Shown: positions 1 through 9,096 of the stretch, piece by piece | How the letters are laid out: every line of letters begins with the position of its first letter | How positions within the stretch are numbered: position 1 is the stretch's first letter | Assembly (NCBI GenBank): GCA_964405095.1 | Contig: CAYOML010000007.1 | Coordinates: 1-51,122 of the forward strand | Reading direction: 5' to 3' | Origin: an uncultured Candidatus Saccharibacteria bacterium | GTDB lineage: Bacteria; Patescibacteriota; Saccharimonadia; Saccharimonadales; EFPC-124 | DNA length: 51,122 nucleotides | The notes under the pieces: model-generated | Seen by the model: only the letters and a program-made list of their open reading frames with translations | Database searches by the model: none | What the model was told of the DNA's origin: nothing | Made by a program: the position numbers and the translations under genes

Positions 1-55
1 AGGACACTAGGTTTTCATCCTGGCAACCCGGGTTCGACTCCCGGTGGGGTCACCA
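1..55 (+). tRNA. 3' portion of tRNA-Glu (anticodon TTC) with encoded CCA; anticodon arm, 4-nt variable loop, T-arm (CCGGG/TTCGACT/CCCGG), acceptor 3' strand + A + CCA
   Basis: T-loop GTTCGACTCC consensus and a CCA end are visible. The anticodon stem CTAGG/CCTGG has one G-U pair. The anticodon loop is TTTTCAT, so the anticodon is TTC. The 5' half lies outside the window. Confidence 0.7.
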
Positions 56-71
56 TAGAGCTTATGCTTAC

Positions 72-98
72 AAAAGAGGTCACTACGACCTCTTTTGT
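72..98 (+). terminator. Rho-independent terminator hairpin after the tRNA (AAAAGAGGTC-loop-GACCTCTTTT + T-run)
   Basis: A perfect 10-bp inverted repeat is followed by TTTT. Confidence 0.6.
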
Positions 99-130
99 TA
101 TACTCAAAGAATTAAGGAGATATAAGGCCG

Positions 131-775
131 ATGGAGGCTCAACTTAAAAACAGCCTTAAAGTTATGTCTGAGGTCTTCAAGGGCCTGGATGGTTATCGGG
201 TGCTAGGCTCAGTGCTCGTCGCCAGTATTAATGGTAAGCCCCACCGCGAACTGCATGATATCGATTTACTTATAGACGAACGTATATACTTTACGGTCAT
301 ACAGCGGCTAGAGCAGGCTGGTTTTAAGCGTGTTACCAAAAAGGCGCCTGGCTTCACTTGGGACGAGTTCGAAAAACAAGACTGCCTAACTTTTGGGGTG
401 CTACTTCAGGGTGTTTTTGATGAGCATGGGTTTACTTATAAATCGGGCGGGTGGCTAACGCTGCAAATAGATGCTGCATATTTACGGCCGACTACATACC
501 AACTACTTGGTGTAGAGTTTACCGGGATACCATTGCGTTCTGTATACGAAGGCATTAAGGCTGCGAGCCTAAACTCAAAAAGAAAGCGCGATAAAGCGAT
601 CGTACTTGCAGCTGTTGGCCGCCAGCTACCCGGTGGTCTCACCATCAACCAAGCATTCAAAGTGATGATAGGCGGTTTAGCAATACCATATTTGTACACC
701 ATGTTCTCGGTGGTCTATAACTGGATTGGTGGTTTACGGCTACGCATGGGTAAACCGTATGACCCATGGCGCTAG
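131..775 (+). CDS. Nucleotidyltransferase-fold (Pol-beta-like) protein, hypothetical
   Basis: N-terminal LGSVLVAS...HDIDLLID resembles the GS...[DE]x[DE] minimal nucleotidyltransferase motif. The C-terminus is hydrophobic. Confidence 0.45.
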   Translation: MEAQLKNSLKVMSEVFKGLDGYRVLGSVLVASINGKPHRELHDIDLLIDERIYFTVIQRLEQAGFKRVTKKAPGFTWDEFEKQDCLTFGVLLQGVFDEHGFTYKSGGWLTLQIDAAYLRPTTYQLLGVEFTGIPLRSVYEGIKAASLNSKRKRDKAIVLAAVGRQLPGGLTINQAFKVMIGGLAIPYLYTMFSVVYNWIGGLRLRMGKPYDPWR

Positions 776-1028
776 GTTCATATCCCTCCAGGGAGGGCAG
801 TCGGCATATGTATCGCCCTCAATACCTTTTGCCAACGCACAATTTCCTCACAGATAGAGTTCCAGTGGTTTTCGACCAGGGTCACCAAAAGAGACTTTTC
901 TGATATAGAAGAGTCTTTTTTGATGCAATCAAACAGTATTGTAATAACTCGCATTATGTTTTAGAATTATCTTGCTGCTGGGGAGCCCAGCAGTGTAACC
1001 CGTAGGTCCTACTCAAGGAGGGGGCGAA

Positions 1029-2024
1029 ATGCCCTTTAGCTTTATTGCGGCGATGATATTCGCCGTGATGGTGCCTATCGCTGCGGGCGGCTGGTTTCTG
1101 GCCAGTCGTTCTGTTCGGCGGGAGGCCTCGCAGGATGCCGCTCGGGGCGGCAGTCGCGGTTATCGCGACAGTGCTTGGGACGCTGGCACGGTCAGAAGCG
1201 GGTTCCGATTCGCTTGTGTCGCGCTCATTGTGCTCTCAGGACTGATGCTCCTCATCTCTTCGACGACCTTTGTGTCGACGAAGAATGTAGGCATCGTTAC
1301 CTCGTTCGGCAAACCCGTGGGAGAGCCACTACCAAACGGGATCCACTTTGTGGAACCTTGGAACAAGGTCACCGAGATGGATGGAGCAATCCAGACAGAC
1401 TCACATGCCGGTGATGCTCAGGGTGACACTACGCCTTGCACTACCGTTCGCATTGCGAACCAGTCGACTGCATGTGTCGACAACTCGATTCGGTGGAGAA
1501 TCAGGCTAACGGCTGCGGATGAGCTGTTCCGTGATTACAAGGATTTCGACCGCGTTCGAGATTCACTTGTGACACGGGATCTGTACGCGGCGTTGAACTC
1601 CGTCTTCGCGGGCTATGATCCGTTGGGGACCATCGCGAGTAACGGAGTTTCTAGCGCGCCGAGTCTGGATTCACTGGCGGCGCAGGTCACGTCTCTTCTA
1701 CAGAGGCAGATCGGCGACCAGATCGAAGTCCTTAACGTCATCATACCGCTCGCTCACTACGACGCGTCGACGCAGGATAAGATCAACCAGTTCCAGGCAG
1801 AGCTCGCCAACACGCGCATTGCCAAGCAACGTCAGCAGACGGCCGAGAACGAGGCAGCGGCAAACGCAAAGCTCGCAGCTTCGGTATCCAGGGATCCCAA
1901 CGTCCTGGTGTCGAAGTGTCTCGACCTGCTATTCGCCATTCAGAAAGCGGGCCAACAGATCCCGGCGGGGTTCTCTTGTTGGCCTGGTGGTCAGGCGGCG
2001 GCGGTTATTGCCCAGAATAAGTAA
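1029..2024 (+). CDS. SPFH/band-7 (prohibitin/HflKC-like) membrane protein; coding region is distinctly high-GC
   Basis: N-terminal transmembrane helices are followed by an SPFH-like core and an Ala/Gln-rich coiled C-terminal region (QFQAELANTRIAKQRQQTAENEAAANAKLAAS). GC is well above the window average. Confidence 0.55.
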   Translation: MPFSFIAAMIFAVMVPIAAGGWFLASRSVRREASQDAARGGSRGYRDSAWDAGTVRSGFRFACVALIVLSGLMLLISSTTFVSTKNVGIVTSFGKPVGEPLPNGIHFVEPWNKVTEMDGAIQTDSHAGDAQGDTTPCTTVRIANQSTACVDNSIRWRIRLTAADELFRDYKDFDRVRDSLVTRDLYAALNSVFAGYDPLGTIASNGVSSAPSLDSLAAQVTSLLQRQIGDQIEVLNVIIPLAHYDASTQDKINQFQAELANTRIAKQRQQTAENEAAANAKLAASVSRDPNVLVSKCLDLLFAIQKAGQQIPAGFSCWPGGQAAAVIAQNK

Positions 2025-2035
2025 TCGCTGAGGAC

Positions 2036-2067
2036 GTGTGGGCCCCGGAGAGATCCGGGGCCCACAC
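2036..2067. terminator. GC-rich perfect hairpin (GTGTGGGCCCCGG-AGAGAT-CCGGGGCCCACAC)
   Basis: A 13-bp perfect inverted repeat lies directly after the SPFH gene stop. Confidence 0.55.
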
Positions 2068-2153
2068 GGCAGACCCAGGATTACCACTGTCAAAAGCGTA
2101 AGCAATATGCTAATCTGAAATAAAATCAAACATAGTCAGAGGAAAATTGAAGA

Positions 2154-3167
2154 ATGGAACCTCAAGCGCCACTGCAACCGCCTCAAAATCCTGTTACACC
2201 CGAACCAACAAGCTATCCACCTCAACCCAACCAGAACGCTCAACCCCCAGTATCTGGGTTGCCTACAGCACAGTACCAGCTAGGAGTTGTATCCGGCCCA
2301 GTCGTCGGCTCAGCAACACCAACTTATGGTCAAGCCGCCACTGTTAGTGGTGGCAAATCGTTTCTAGCAGCCTTTCTTTTATCGATATTTTTGGGCGTCT
2401 TTGGTGTAGATAGGTTTTACCTGGGTAAGGTTGTTACAGGTATTCTGAAGTTGCTAACTCTTGGCGGTTTGGGAATATGGGCGATCATTGACATCATCCT
2501 CATACTCAGTAACCACACAAAAGCCAAAGATGGCACCCCGTTAAGAGACTACGATAAAAATCGTAAAGCAGCTCTTGTTATATTCGTGATCTGGTTTCTT
2601 GGCGTGACTGCATTTGGGGTCTATGACGTCATGGTTCTGAATAAAGCAGCTCAAGATATAGGTGGCCTTAATAATACGACCGTCAGCTGTAATAGTGGTA
2701 CATGCACAACCACCAAAAAGCAAAACACTGATTCTGCCACTGCAGAGACTCCGTTAGGTACTTCTGTAACCGCTAGTAACTTTGCAGTTAAAGTAACTAA
2801 AGTGGTTGCTGACCCACGAACTTCTGGTGATGCACCAGATGCAGGTATGCAATACCTGGAGGTTGATCTATCCGTAACCAATGTTGGTAGCCAAAAAAAT
2901 ATTGTGCCCGGTAGCTTTTTCTACCAGACATCAGCCGGTACCGAACTTATGACAGCGAATACTTTTGGCAATGAGGGTACGGCGAATAAAAATGTCCACA
3001 TACAAGGGCGAGATCTATTTATAGCAGTAGCTTTAGAGCCACAACAAACAGATGCGACCAAGTCGGTTATTTTCCAGATACCTCAGGGCGACAAGGGCAA
3101 ACTAATCTGGCACGAGAGTGCCTTTGATACCAATAGCTCAAAGCTGGGTATATTCAAACTTTACTAG
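2154..3167 (+). CDS. TM2 domain membrane protein fused to a C-terminal DUF4352-like extracellular beta domain
   Basis: TM2-type twin transmembrane segment (FLAAFLLSIFLGVFGVDRFYLGK...GLGIWAIIDIILIL). The C-terminal part matches the DUF4352 lipoprotein-domain pattern (KVTKVVADP...YLEVDLSVTNVGS). Confidence 0.65.
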   Translation: MEPQAPLQPPQNPVTPEPTSYPPQPNQNAQPPVSGLPTAQYQLGVVSGPVVGSATPTYGQAATVSGGKSFLAAFLLSIFLGVFGVDRFYLGKVVTGILKLLTLGGLGIWAIIDIILILSNHTKAKDGTPLRDYDKNRKAALVIFVIWFLGVTAFGVYDVMVLNKAAQDIGGLNNTTVSCNSGTCTTTKKQNTDSATAETPLGTSVTASNFAVKVTKVVADPRTSGDAPDAGMQYLEVDLSVTNVGSQKNIVPGSFFYQTSAGTELMTANTFGNEGTANKNVHIQGRDLFIAVALEPQQTDATKSVIFQIPQGDKGKLIWHESAFDTNSSKLGIFKLY

Positions 3168-3176
3168 TGTTTGGCT

Positions 3177-4031
3177 TTAAGCTGTTGCACCAGCTTCTAT
3201 GGCGTCGAGAGCTTCTGGTGTGGTAGTAACCTCGGTGGGAGCCGAATCTGGAGTCTCTACGCCAATAAAGCGCATCATCTCTACAATACGACTGGCTGAC
3301 ACTTTGGCTGTGTCTGCCACGTCCCAGTTAAATTCTTTAGCGAGTAATTCTTGTACGTGGTCGACGGTAACACCGTTGGGCTGACTTGAGTCAAAGCCCA
3401 TATCGGCTGGAGTGTATCTGCTGGTTGCACCGGGGCGGGGTGGATATTCCAAAAGACCGTGCCTTGTAATGACTTCGCCGTCAGCTCCATTAGTCTCTAC
3501 CCTGTATGCCAAGCCTCGTACTGCGGGTATGGCCATTTCGAGCGTCTCTGCAAGACGTTCCTGCCTTCGTCCGCCCCATCTTGGGATTTGGGAGATTTTA
3601 GCACCAAGTCCATTAACAGCCCGAGCATCAACCAAGGCCATGACCTCTGCCCTAAATGGCACAGTGACTGCTTCTGTGATGTCACCGCCAACAATTGGGG
3701 TTTTACCGGCTCTGTTCCAGACAAATAAGTGGCTTCCGCCATTAGCTTCGGAAGGTTTGATTCGTAGATCGCCTACACCTAGACCTCTTAGTGTTGCAAA
3801 AGCTTCCTGGCACGATTCAACAGCCGGAGCGCTTTGAGTCTCTAGCCACTCCTGACGAGTTCTAGCGTGCTCATCACCGATCATTGTCTTTAATCGTCTC
3901 TCTGCTCTTGTGGGAGCTAACACTCTCTCAAGACTGGCAGCTGCAAGTCCAAACGCTTGAGCCACGTCACCGTCATCTTTTATCTCTAATCTATCAAAAC
4001 CAGGCCAAGCTATTCTGTTTCTAGAAGACAT
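3177..4031 (-). CDS. Hypothetical protein (284 aa), no confident family assignment
   Basis: Long ORF with an AAGGAG RBS 7 nt upstream of ATG. Moderately high GC. No recognisable motifs. Confidence 0.5.
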   Translation of the reverse strand: MSSRNRIAWPGFDRLEIKDDGDVAQAFGLAAASLERVLAPTRAERRLKTMIGDEHARTRQEWLETQSAPAVESCQEAFATLRGLGVGDLRIKPSEANGGSHLFVWNRAGKTPIVGGDITEAVTVPFRAEVMALVDARAVNGLGAKISQIPRWGGRRQERLAETLEMAIPAVRGLAYRVETNGADGEVITRHGLLEYPPRPGATSRYTPADMGFDSSQPNGVTVDHVQELLAKEFNWDVADTAKVSASRIVEMMRFIGVETPDSAPTEVTTTPEALDAIEAGATA

Positions 4032-4095
4032 AGGAACTCCTTATGAATAATGAGCTAGGATAACATTATTTAAAGCCATCGTCAATAACGTGTTA

Positions 4096-6459
4096 TTATC
4101 TTCCCAACTTTGTCTCTAGATTATTGATATCAATTGTTGTCTTTACTACTGTGTCTGGTGCAAGCGAAACACTGTCGATGCCGGCTTCAACCAAAAAGCG
4201 CGCGAATTCGGGGTAGTCTGAAGGTGCCTGACCACAGAGGCCGATCTTGACGTGTTTTTGTTTGGCAACCTTAATCACGAGGCGGATTAGGGCTTTTACG
4301 GCCTCGTTATTTTCGTCATAAACGTGGGCAACGGTGTGGTTGTCTCTGTCGACTCCGAGTGTAAGCTGTGTTAAGTCGTTGGAGCCGATAGAAAAGCCAT
4401 CGAACAGTTCAGCAAACTGCTCGGCCAAAATGACATTGGAGGGGATTTCTATCATCACATAGGCTTCAAACCCGTTATCCCCGCGCTTTAGGCCGTTCTT
4501 TTCCATGATGTCGAGCACTTTTTTGGCTTCGGTCAGATCTCGGCAAAATGGGACCATGGCTTTAATGTTTGTAATGCCCATGTCGTCCCGGGCCTTTTTG
4601 AAGGCTTTACATTCTAGTTCAAAGGCTGGCCGATATTCTGGAGAATAATAGCGGCTTGCGCCCCGCCAGCCAATCATCGGATTATTCTCGGCCGGCTCAA
4701 ATTGCTTGCCGCCTATTAGGCCGGCGTATTCGTTGGTCTTAAAATCACTAAATCTTATGATGACGTCGTTAGGGTAAAATGCCGCACCTAAAATAGCTAT
4801 GCCTTCGGTCAGCTTGTCGATGAAATACTGGGCTTTGTTGGTGTAGCCTGCGGTAAGGCGGTTAATAACCTCGCGCGTTGCTTTATCTTTAACTTCGTCA
4901 AACCTAAGCAGAGCAAGCGGGTGGATTTTGATATGCGAGTCTATTATAAATTCCTCGCGGGCCAGCCCAACACCGTCGTTTGGGATCATCGAATATTGGA
5001 AGGCGTGGTCGGGGGAACCAATGTTCATCATAATTTTGGTCTTTGGCCGCTCAAGATTTTCAAAACTTGTCCGGTTGACCCTAAACTTCAGTTCGCCTGC
5101 ATATACAAAACCTTCATCTCCCTCGGCGCAGCTAACTGTTATGGGCGACTTATTAGCAATCTTGGCTGTTCCGTTACCTGTACCCACTACACAAGGAATG
5201 CCCAACTCACGCGACACAATTGCCGCGTGGCAGGTGCGCCCGCCTTTGTCGGTCACGATGGCGCTGGCTTGCTTCATGATTGGTACCCAGTCGGGGTCGG
5301 TCATTTCGGTTACTAATACGTCACCTGTAGTAAATGAACTAATATCCTTGAGGTCCATAATTTTGCTGGCTTTGCCGGCACCAATTTTATTACCAACGCT
5401 CGTACCTTTGGTAAGCAGATCGCCCTTTTCTGTCAGCTCGTATTCTTCGACGATATTTAGATTCTTGCGTGATTGCACGGTTTCGCCGCGGGCTTGCACT
5501 ATGTAAAGCTTGCCATCGTCTTGGTCGAGTGCCCATTCGATGTCCATTGGGTGGCCATAGTGGTTTTCGATCTCGATTGCCCAGCGGGCTAAGGTGGTGA
5601 CTTGTTGGTCAGTGATCGAAAAACGTTCTTGGTCCTTTTTAGAGACGGCGATGTTTTTGGTCCGACTGCCAGCAATTGGAATCATCTTCATTTTTTTAGC
5701 GCCAACTTTTCTTTTAAGGATGGCCAGCGTTGGTTTAAAGACAGTAAATTCGTCGGGGCTCACCCGGCCTTGCACAATATTCTCGCCCAAGCCGTAAATA
5801 GAAGTCACCACAACGACATTACGGAAGCCTGTTTCGGTATCGATGGTAAACATAACACCAGCTGCTTCTGAACGCACAGCCACCATTTGCTGAATGCCAA
5901 CCGAAAGCGCCACCTTCATGTGTGCGAACTTGTTTTCGACCCGGTAAACTATTGCCCGGTCGGTAAATAGCGAAGCAATGCAGGCTTTAGTAGCCAGCAG
6001 TACATCTTTTTCGCCCTTTACGTTTAGGTAAGTTTCTTGTTGGCCAGCGAACGAGGCGTTAGGTAAGTCTTCGGCAGTGGCCGATGAGCGCACGGCCACC
6101 ACAAGGTTGCTCTGGCCGCAAACTTGGCTTAACTCGCGGTAGCCCTTAAGAATTTCTTCTTCGAAATCGGCTGGTAACTTGGCTTTAACAATTGTTTCGC
6201 GGATTTTGGCGCCGCGTTTTGCAAGTTCTTTAACGTTGGTTACATCCAGGTTGTCTAGTAATTGTTCGATTTGGGCTTGCAAGCCGGTTTGTTTAAGAAA
6301 ATAAAAGTAGCTGTCGGATGTTGTGGCAAAACCGTTCGGCAAGTTTACACCTTTTGGTGCTAGGTGTTTGACCATTTCGCCCAGCGAGGCGTTTTTACCG
6401 CCAACTTGGGGAATGTCAGTAAGGGCGATTTCTTTAAAAAACTTTATGTATCTGTACAT
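4096..6459 (-). CDS. ppsA: Phosphoenolpyruvate synthase (pyruvate, water dikinase)
   Basis: The N-terminus MYRYIKFFKEIALTDIPQVGGKNASLGEM is diagnostic. Phosphohistidine (CHAAIVSRELGIPCVVG) and PEP-utilising domains are present. Confidence 0.92.
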   Translation of the reverse strand: MYRYIKFFKEIALTDIPQVGGKNASLGEMVKHLAPKGVNLPNGFATTSDSYFYFLKQTGLQAQIEQLLDNLDVTNVKELAKRGAKIRETIVKAKLPADFEEEILKGYRELSQVCGQSNLVVAVRSSATAEDLPNASFAGQQETYLNVKGEKDVLLATKACIASLFTDRAIVYRVENKFAHMKVALSVGIQQMVAVRSEAAGVMFTIDTETGFRNVVVVTSIYGLGENIVQGRVSPDEFTVFKPTLAILKRKVGAKKMKMIPIAGSRTKNIAVSKKDQERFSITDQQVTTLARWAIEIENHYGHPMDIEWALDQDDGKLYIVQARGETVQSRKNLNIVEEYELTEKGDLLTKGTSVGNKIGAGKASKIMDLKDISSFTTGDVLVTEMTDPDWVPIMKQASAIVTDKGGRTCHAAIVSRELGIPCVVGTGNGTAKIANKSPITVSCAEGDEGFVYAGELKFRVNRTSFENLERPKTKIMMNIGSPDHAFQYSMIPNDGVGLAREEFIIDSHIKIHPLALLRFDEVKDKATREVINRLTAGYTNKAQYFIDKLTEGIAILGAAFYPNDVIIRFSDFKTNEYAGLIGGKQFEPAENNPMIGWRGASRYYSPEYRPAFELECKAFKKARDDMGITNIKAMVPFCRDLTEAKKVLDIMEKNGLKRGDNGFEAYVMIEIPSNVILAEQFAELFDGFSIGSNDLTQLTLGVDRDNHTVAHVYDENNEAVKALIRLVIKVAKQKHVKIGLCGQAPSDYPEFARFLVEAGIDSVSLAPDTVVKTTIDINNLETKLGR

Positions 6460-6531
6460 TTTGTCCCCAGGTTAATGAACATATACATTATAGTCATTAG
6501 CAGTTTAAAAGAATAGGATTATAATCGGCGC

Positions 6532-7149
6532 ATGGACAAGATTAGTAAAATATCGGCTTGGCTTGGTGCGGGTTCAATAAATATCTTTGGCCCACCATTT
6601 GCCGGCAAAGACACCCAGGGCAAGATGTTGGCCGATTTATTGGGCGGGGTGCTGATAGGCGGCGGTGATATTCTGCGCCACCATCACGACCCAGAAAAAA
6701 TTAAAGCAATAATGTCTGAGGGTGGGCTTATACCCAGCGATTTTTATTTGCATTTGGTGCTGCCTTATTTATCTCAGCCAAAGTTTAAAGATAAGCCGCT
6801 AGTACTTGATTCGGTGGGGCGTTTACCGGAAGAGGAGCCGGTTGTACTGCAGGCCACGACTGCTTCTGGCCACCCACTTAAGGCTGTTGTTTTGTTGAAG
6901 CTATCCGAGGAAGAAATATGGCGGCGATTTGATGAAGCCAAAATCGAACACGACCGCGATGGGCGCAGTGATGACCGGCGTGAAGTTCTAAAAACCCGGC
7001 TAAATAAATTCCGTGATAAAACCATGCCGGTTATAGAATTCTATCGTGATAAAGGTTTGCTTATAGAGGTTGATGGTGCCAAATCTCGCGAGGCAGTCGA
7101 GGACGAGATTTTAGAAAGTTTGGTTGCCTGCGCTATGTCTCCCCGCTAG
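6532..7149 (+). CDS. Adenylate kinase-family nucleoside monophosphate kinase
   Basis: P-loop variant IFGPPFAGKDTQ and overall AK-like layout. A TATAAT box lies 7 nt upstream of the ATG, suggesting a leaderless mRNA. Confidence 0.65.
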   Translation: MDKISKISAWLGAGSINIFGPPFAGKDTQGKMLADLLGGVLIGGGDILRHHHDPEKIKAIMSEGGLIPSDFYLHLVLPYLSQPKFKDKPLVLDSVGRLPEEEPVVLQATTASGHPLKAVVLLKLSEEEIWRRFDEAKIEHDRDGRSDDRREVLKTRLNKFRDKTMPVIEFYRDKGLLIEVDGAKSREAVEDEILESLVACAMSPR

Positions 7150-7192
7150 GCCGCACTGCATGTGTCACAGTGCGGCCGTCGCGGTTGTCGGG

Positions 7193-7525
7193 TCAGGCGG
7201 CGTTTGCCGGTGTTCTGGCGTCGATGAGCCTGACGAGGTGCATGATGCCCGAGATTTCGACCATGCCACACTCTTCGTGCAACCACCGCCCAAAAGCGGT
7301 GATGGCACCGTCTCGCCTGGGGTTGGTCGCGGACAGTGCAAGCACTGCGTCGCGCCTGGCCGTCAGCTGAGTGTGAAATTCTCGAAGCTCAGTTGCTGTG
7401 ACCTCGCCCAGCTCCTCGCTCGCGGTCCGAAAGAACACATCCAGATCGAAGGTGTTGGTCGGGTCTTCCGCGAACTTAATTGCTAAGCTCGCCAGAATCC
7501 GTTTGACAGTTTTGCCGTTAGCCAT
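7193..7525 (-). CDS. Hypothetical small protein in a high-GC patch (start moved to the Met with a GAAGGGA RBS)
   Basis: The ORF is in a ~60% GC segment. The internal ATG at 7525 has a good RBS. Confidence 0.35.
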   Translation of the reverse strand: MANGKTVKRILASLAIKFAEDPTNTFDLDVFFRTASEELGEVTATELREFHTQLTARRDAVLALSATNPRRDGAITAFGRWLHEECGMVEISGIMHLVRLIDARTPANAA

Positions 7526-7595
7526 TGGGACTTCCCTTCGGTTGACTCCAACTCTTTCCTTATACAACCTATTTGCAATTTATTCAATCTTGTTG

Positions 7596-7717
7596 GTCTG
7601 CACCACCCCCATATGCTTATTTCAACGGTCTGGATGCCGAGTGCAGCCGGAGCAGCCCAAATAAGGGCTGCCCCGTGCGGAATGTGCCGTTGGAGTAAAC
7701 ATATGGGGGTGGTGCGG
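7596..7717. mobile_element. MITE-like element: ~122 bp with ~29-bp near-perfect terminal inverted repeats (TGCACCACCCCCATATGCTTATTTCAACGG ... CCGTTGGAGTAAACATATGGGGGTGGTGCGG) flanked by a 7-bp direct repeat CTTGTTG
   Basis: Inverted repeat 7599-7628 pairs with 7687-7717. Direct repeats lie at 7589-7595 and 7718-7724. An inner GCAGCCC/GGGCTGC hairpin is present. Confidence 0.55.
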
Positions 7718-7769
7718 CTTGTTGATACCTAATGACTGAGTTTACGCACGCTTATGCTTAAATAAATGC

Positions 7770-9002
7770 GTGGCATATAAATTTAACAAAAAGACGATCA
7801 AAGACGTTCCGATTGACAGCGCGACAGTTCTGATGCGTGCCGATTACAATGTGCCGCTAACCGATGATGGCAAGATTGCCGACGATTATCGTATGCTGCA
7901 GTCGCTGCCTACGCTTAATTATCTAATACGTGCCGGCTGTAAGATTGTGATTACTTCGCACCTGGGTCGCCCAGATGGCAAAGTTGTGCCAAAAGAAAGT
8001 CTGGAACCTGTAGCGGCGCACTTGAGTGAACTATTAAGTAAACCTGTCGGCTTTGTGCCGGATTGCGTTGGCGATCGCGTAAAAGTGGCGGCCAAACGTT
8101 TGAAACCTGGCGGCGTATTGCTACTAGAAAACGTGCGTTTTCATCCCGAAGAAGAAGCTAACGACGCCAAGTTTGCCAAACAAATAGTCGATAGCTCCAC
8201 AGCCACCTACTTTGTACAGGATTGTTTTGGGGTAGCTCACCGGGCACACGCCAGTATTGTCGGAGTAACACAATTTTTGCCATCGGTGGCTGGGTTGTTA
8301 CTTGAGAAAGAAGTTACCATTATTCTTCGGGCCATGCACACCCCCGAGCGTCCACTGGTTGCCGTGCTTGGTGGCGCCAAAGTCAGTGATAAAATTAAGA
8401 TTTTGGAGAAGCTTATTGAACTCGCCGACCAGATCGTGATTGGCGGCGCTATGGCCAATACCTTTCTTAAATACAAAGGTTTGCCAGTCGGTAAAAGTGT
8501 CTGTGAAGAAGGTCAGGATGCCGAGATCGAGCGTGTTTACAGCCTGGTGCGGCAAAAAGTTGGCGATGAGCGGATTGACGACTTTTTACTGTTGCCAGTC
8601 GACGTGGTTGTTGCACCAGAAATTAGTCCTAATCAAAAGCGGGTTGTAGCCGACGTGCATGATGTTAAGTCTGATGAGTATATTTTAGACATTGGTACCC
8701 GTAGCATCGAAGCTATGTTAGAGCACTGTAAAAACGCCAAAACTGTTATTTGGAACGGAACGCTTGGTTATGCCGAATACGTGGTGTTTGCTTACGCTTC
8801 GGCCAAACTTGCTATGCAGTTGGCTGAGCATAAAAACACAGTGTTTAGTTTAGTAGGTGGTGGTGACACGGCCGATTTTGTGGTGCACTGGGATAGTAAG
8901 AAGGGACAGAGTTTTGGGCATGTTTCGACGGGTGGCGGTGCCAGTCTGGAGCTGATGGCAGGTGACAAGCTACCTGGAGTTGAAGCACTGTTAGATGCTT
9001 GA
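7770..9002 (+). CDS. pgk: Phosphoglycerate kinase (GTG start)
   Basis: VAYKFNKKTIKDV...RADYNVPL N-terminus and full-length PGK motifs. Confidence 0.92.
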   Translation: MAYKFNKKTIKDVPIDSATVLMRADYNVPLTDDGKIADDYRMLQSLPTLNYLIRAGCKIVITSHLGRPDGKVVPKESLEPVAAHLSELLSKPVGFVPDCVGDRVKVAAKRLKPGGVLLLENVRFHPEEEANDAKFAKQIVDSSTATYFVQDCFGVAHRAHASIVGVTQFLPSVAGLLLEKEVTIILRAMHTPERPLVAVLGGAKVSDKIKILEKLIELADQIVIGGAMANTFLKYKGLPVGKSVCEEGQDAEIERVYSLVRQKVGDERIDDFLLLPVDVVVAPEISPNQKRVVADVHDVKSDEYILDIGTRSIEAMLEHCKNAKTVIWNGTLGYAEYVVFAYASAKLAMQLAEHKNTVFSLVGGGDTADFVVHWDSKKGQSFGHVSTGGGASLELMAGDKLPGVEALLDA

Positions 9003-9020
9003 ATATTTATGGCCGGGTCC

Positions 9021-9046
9021 CATTAACTGCCTGTGGCAGTTAATGT
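9021..9046 (+). terminator. Hairpin CATTAACTGCC-TGT-GGCAGTTAATG after pgk
   Basis: An 11-bp perfect stem lies 20 nt after the stop codon. Confidence 0.5.
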
Positions 9047-9096
9047 TTTCCTAGCTTGGCCTCGAATGGAGGCTTTAGCCGAATGAGAGCATAAGT

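Noticed and set aside
1615-2031. 138-aa Arg-rich ORF (and other ORFs 1160-1414) overlapping the SPFH gene.
   Set aside because: These are alternative-frame artefacts typical of high-GC coding DNA. The SPFH frame has membrane and domain features.
3177-4031. Possible phage or plasmid replication/primase-like protein suggesting a prophage remnant.
   Set aside because: I could not match any specific motif. There are no neighbouring phage genes, integrase or att-like repeats. Kept as hypothetical.
7596-7717. Considered the long hairpin upstream of pgk as a small SRP (4.5S) or 6S RNA, because of the GGAGCAGCC-like stretch and G/C-rich ends.
   Set aside because: The stem is ~29 bp and nearly perfect with no conserved internal-loop architecture. 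The SRP domain IV motif does not align cleanly. A 7-bp flanking direct repeat favours a MITE. Left as something to test with Rfam.
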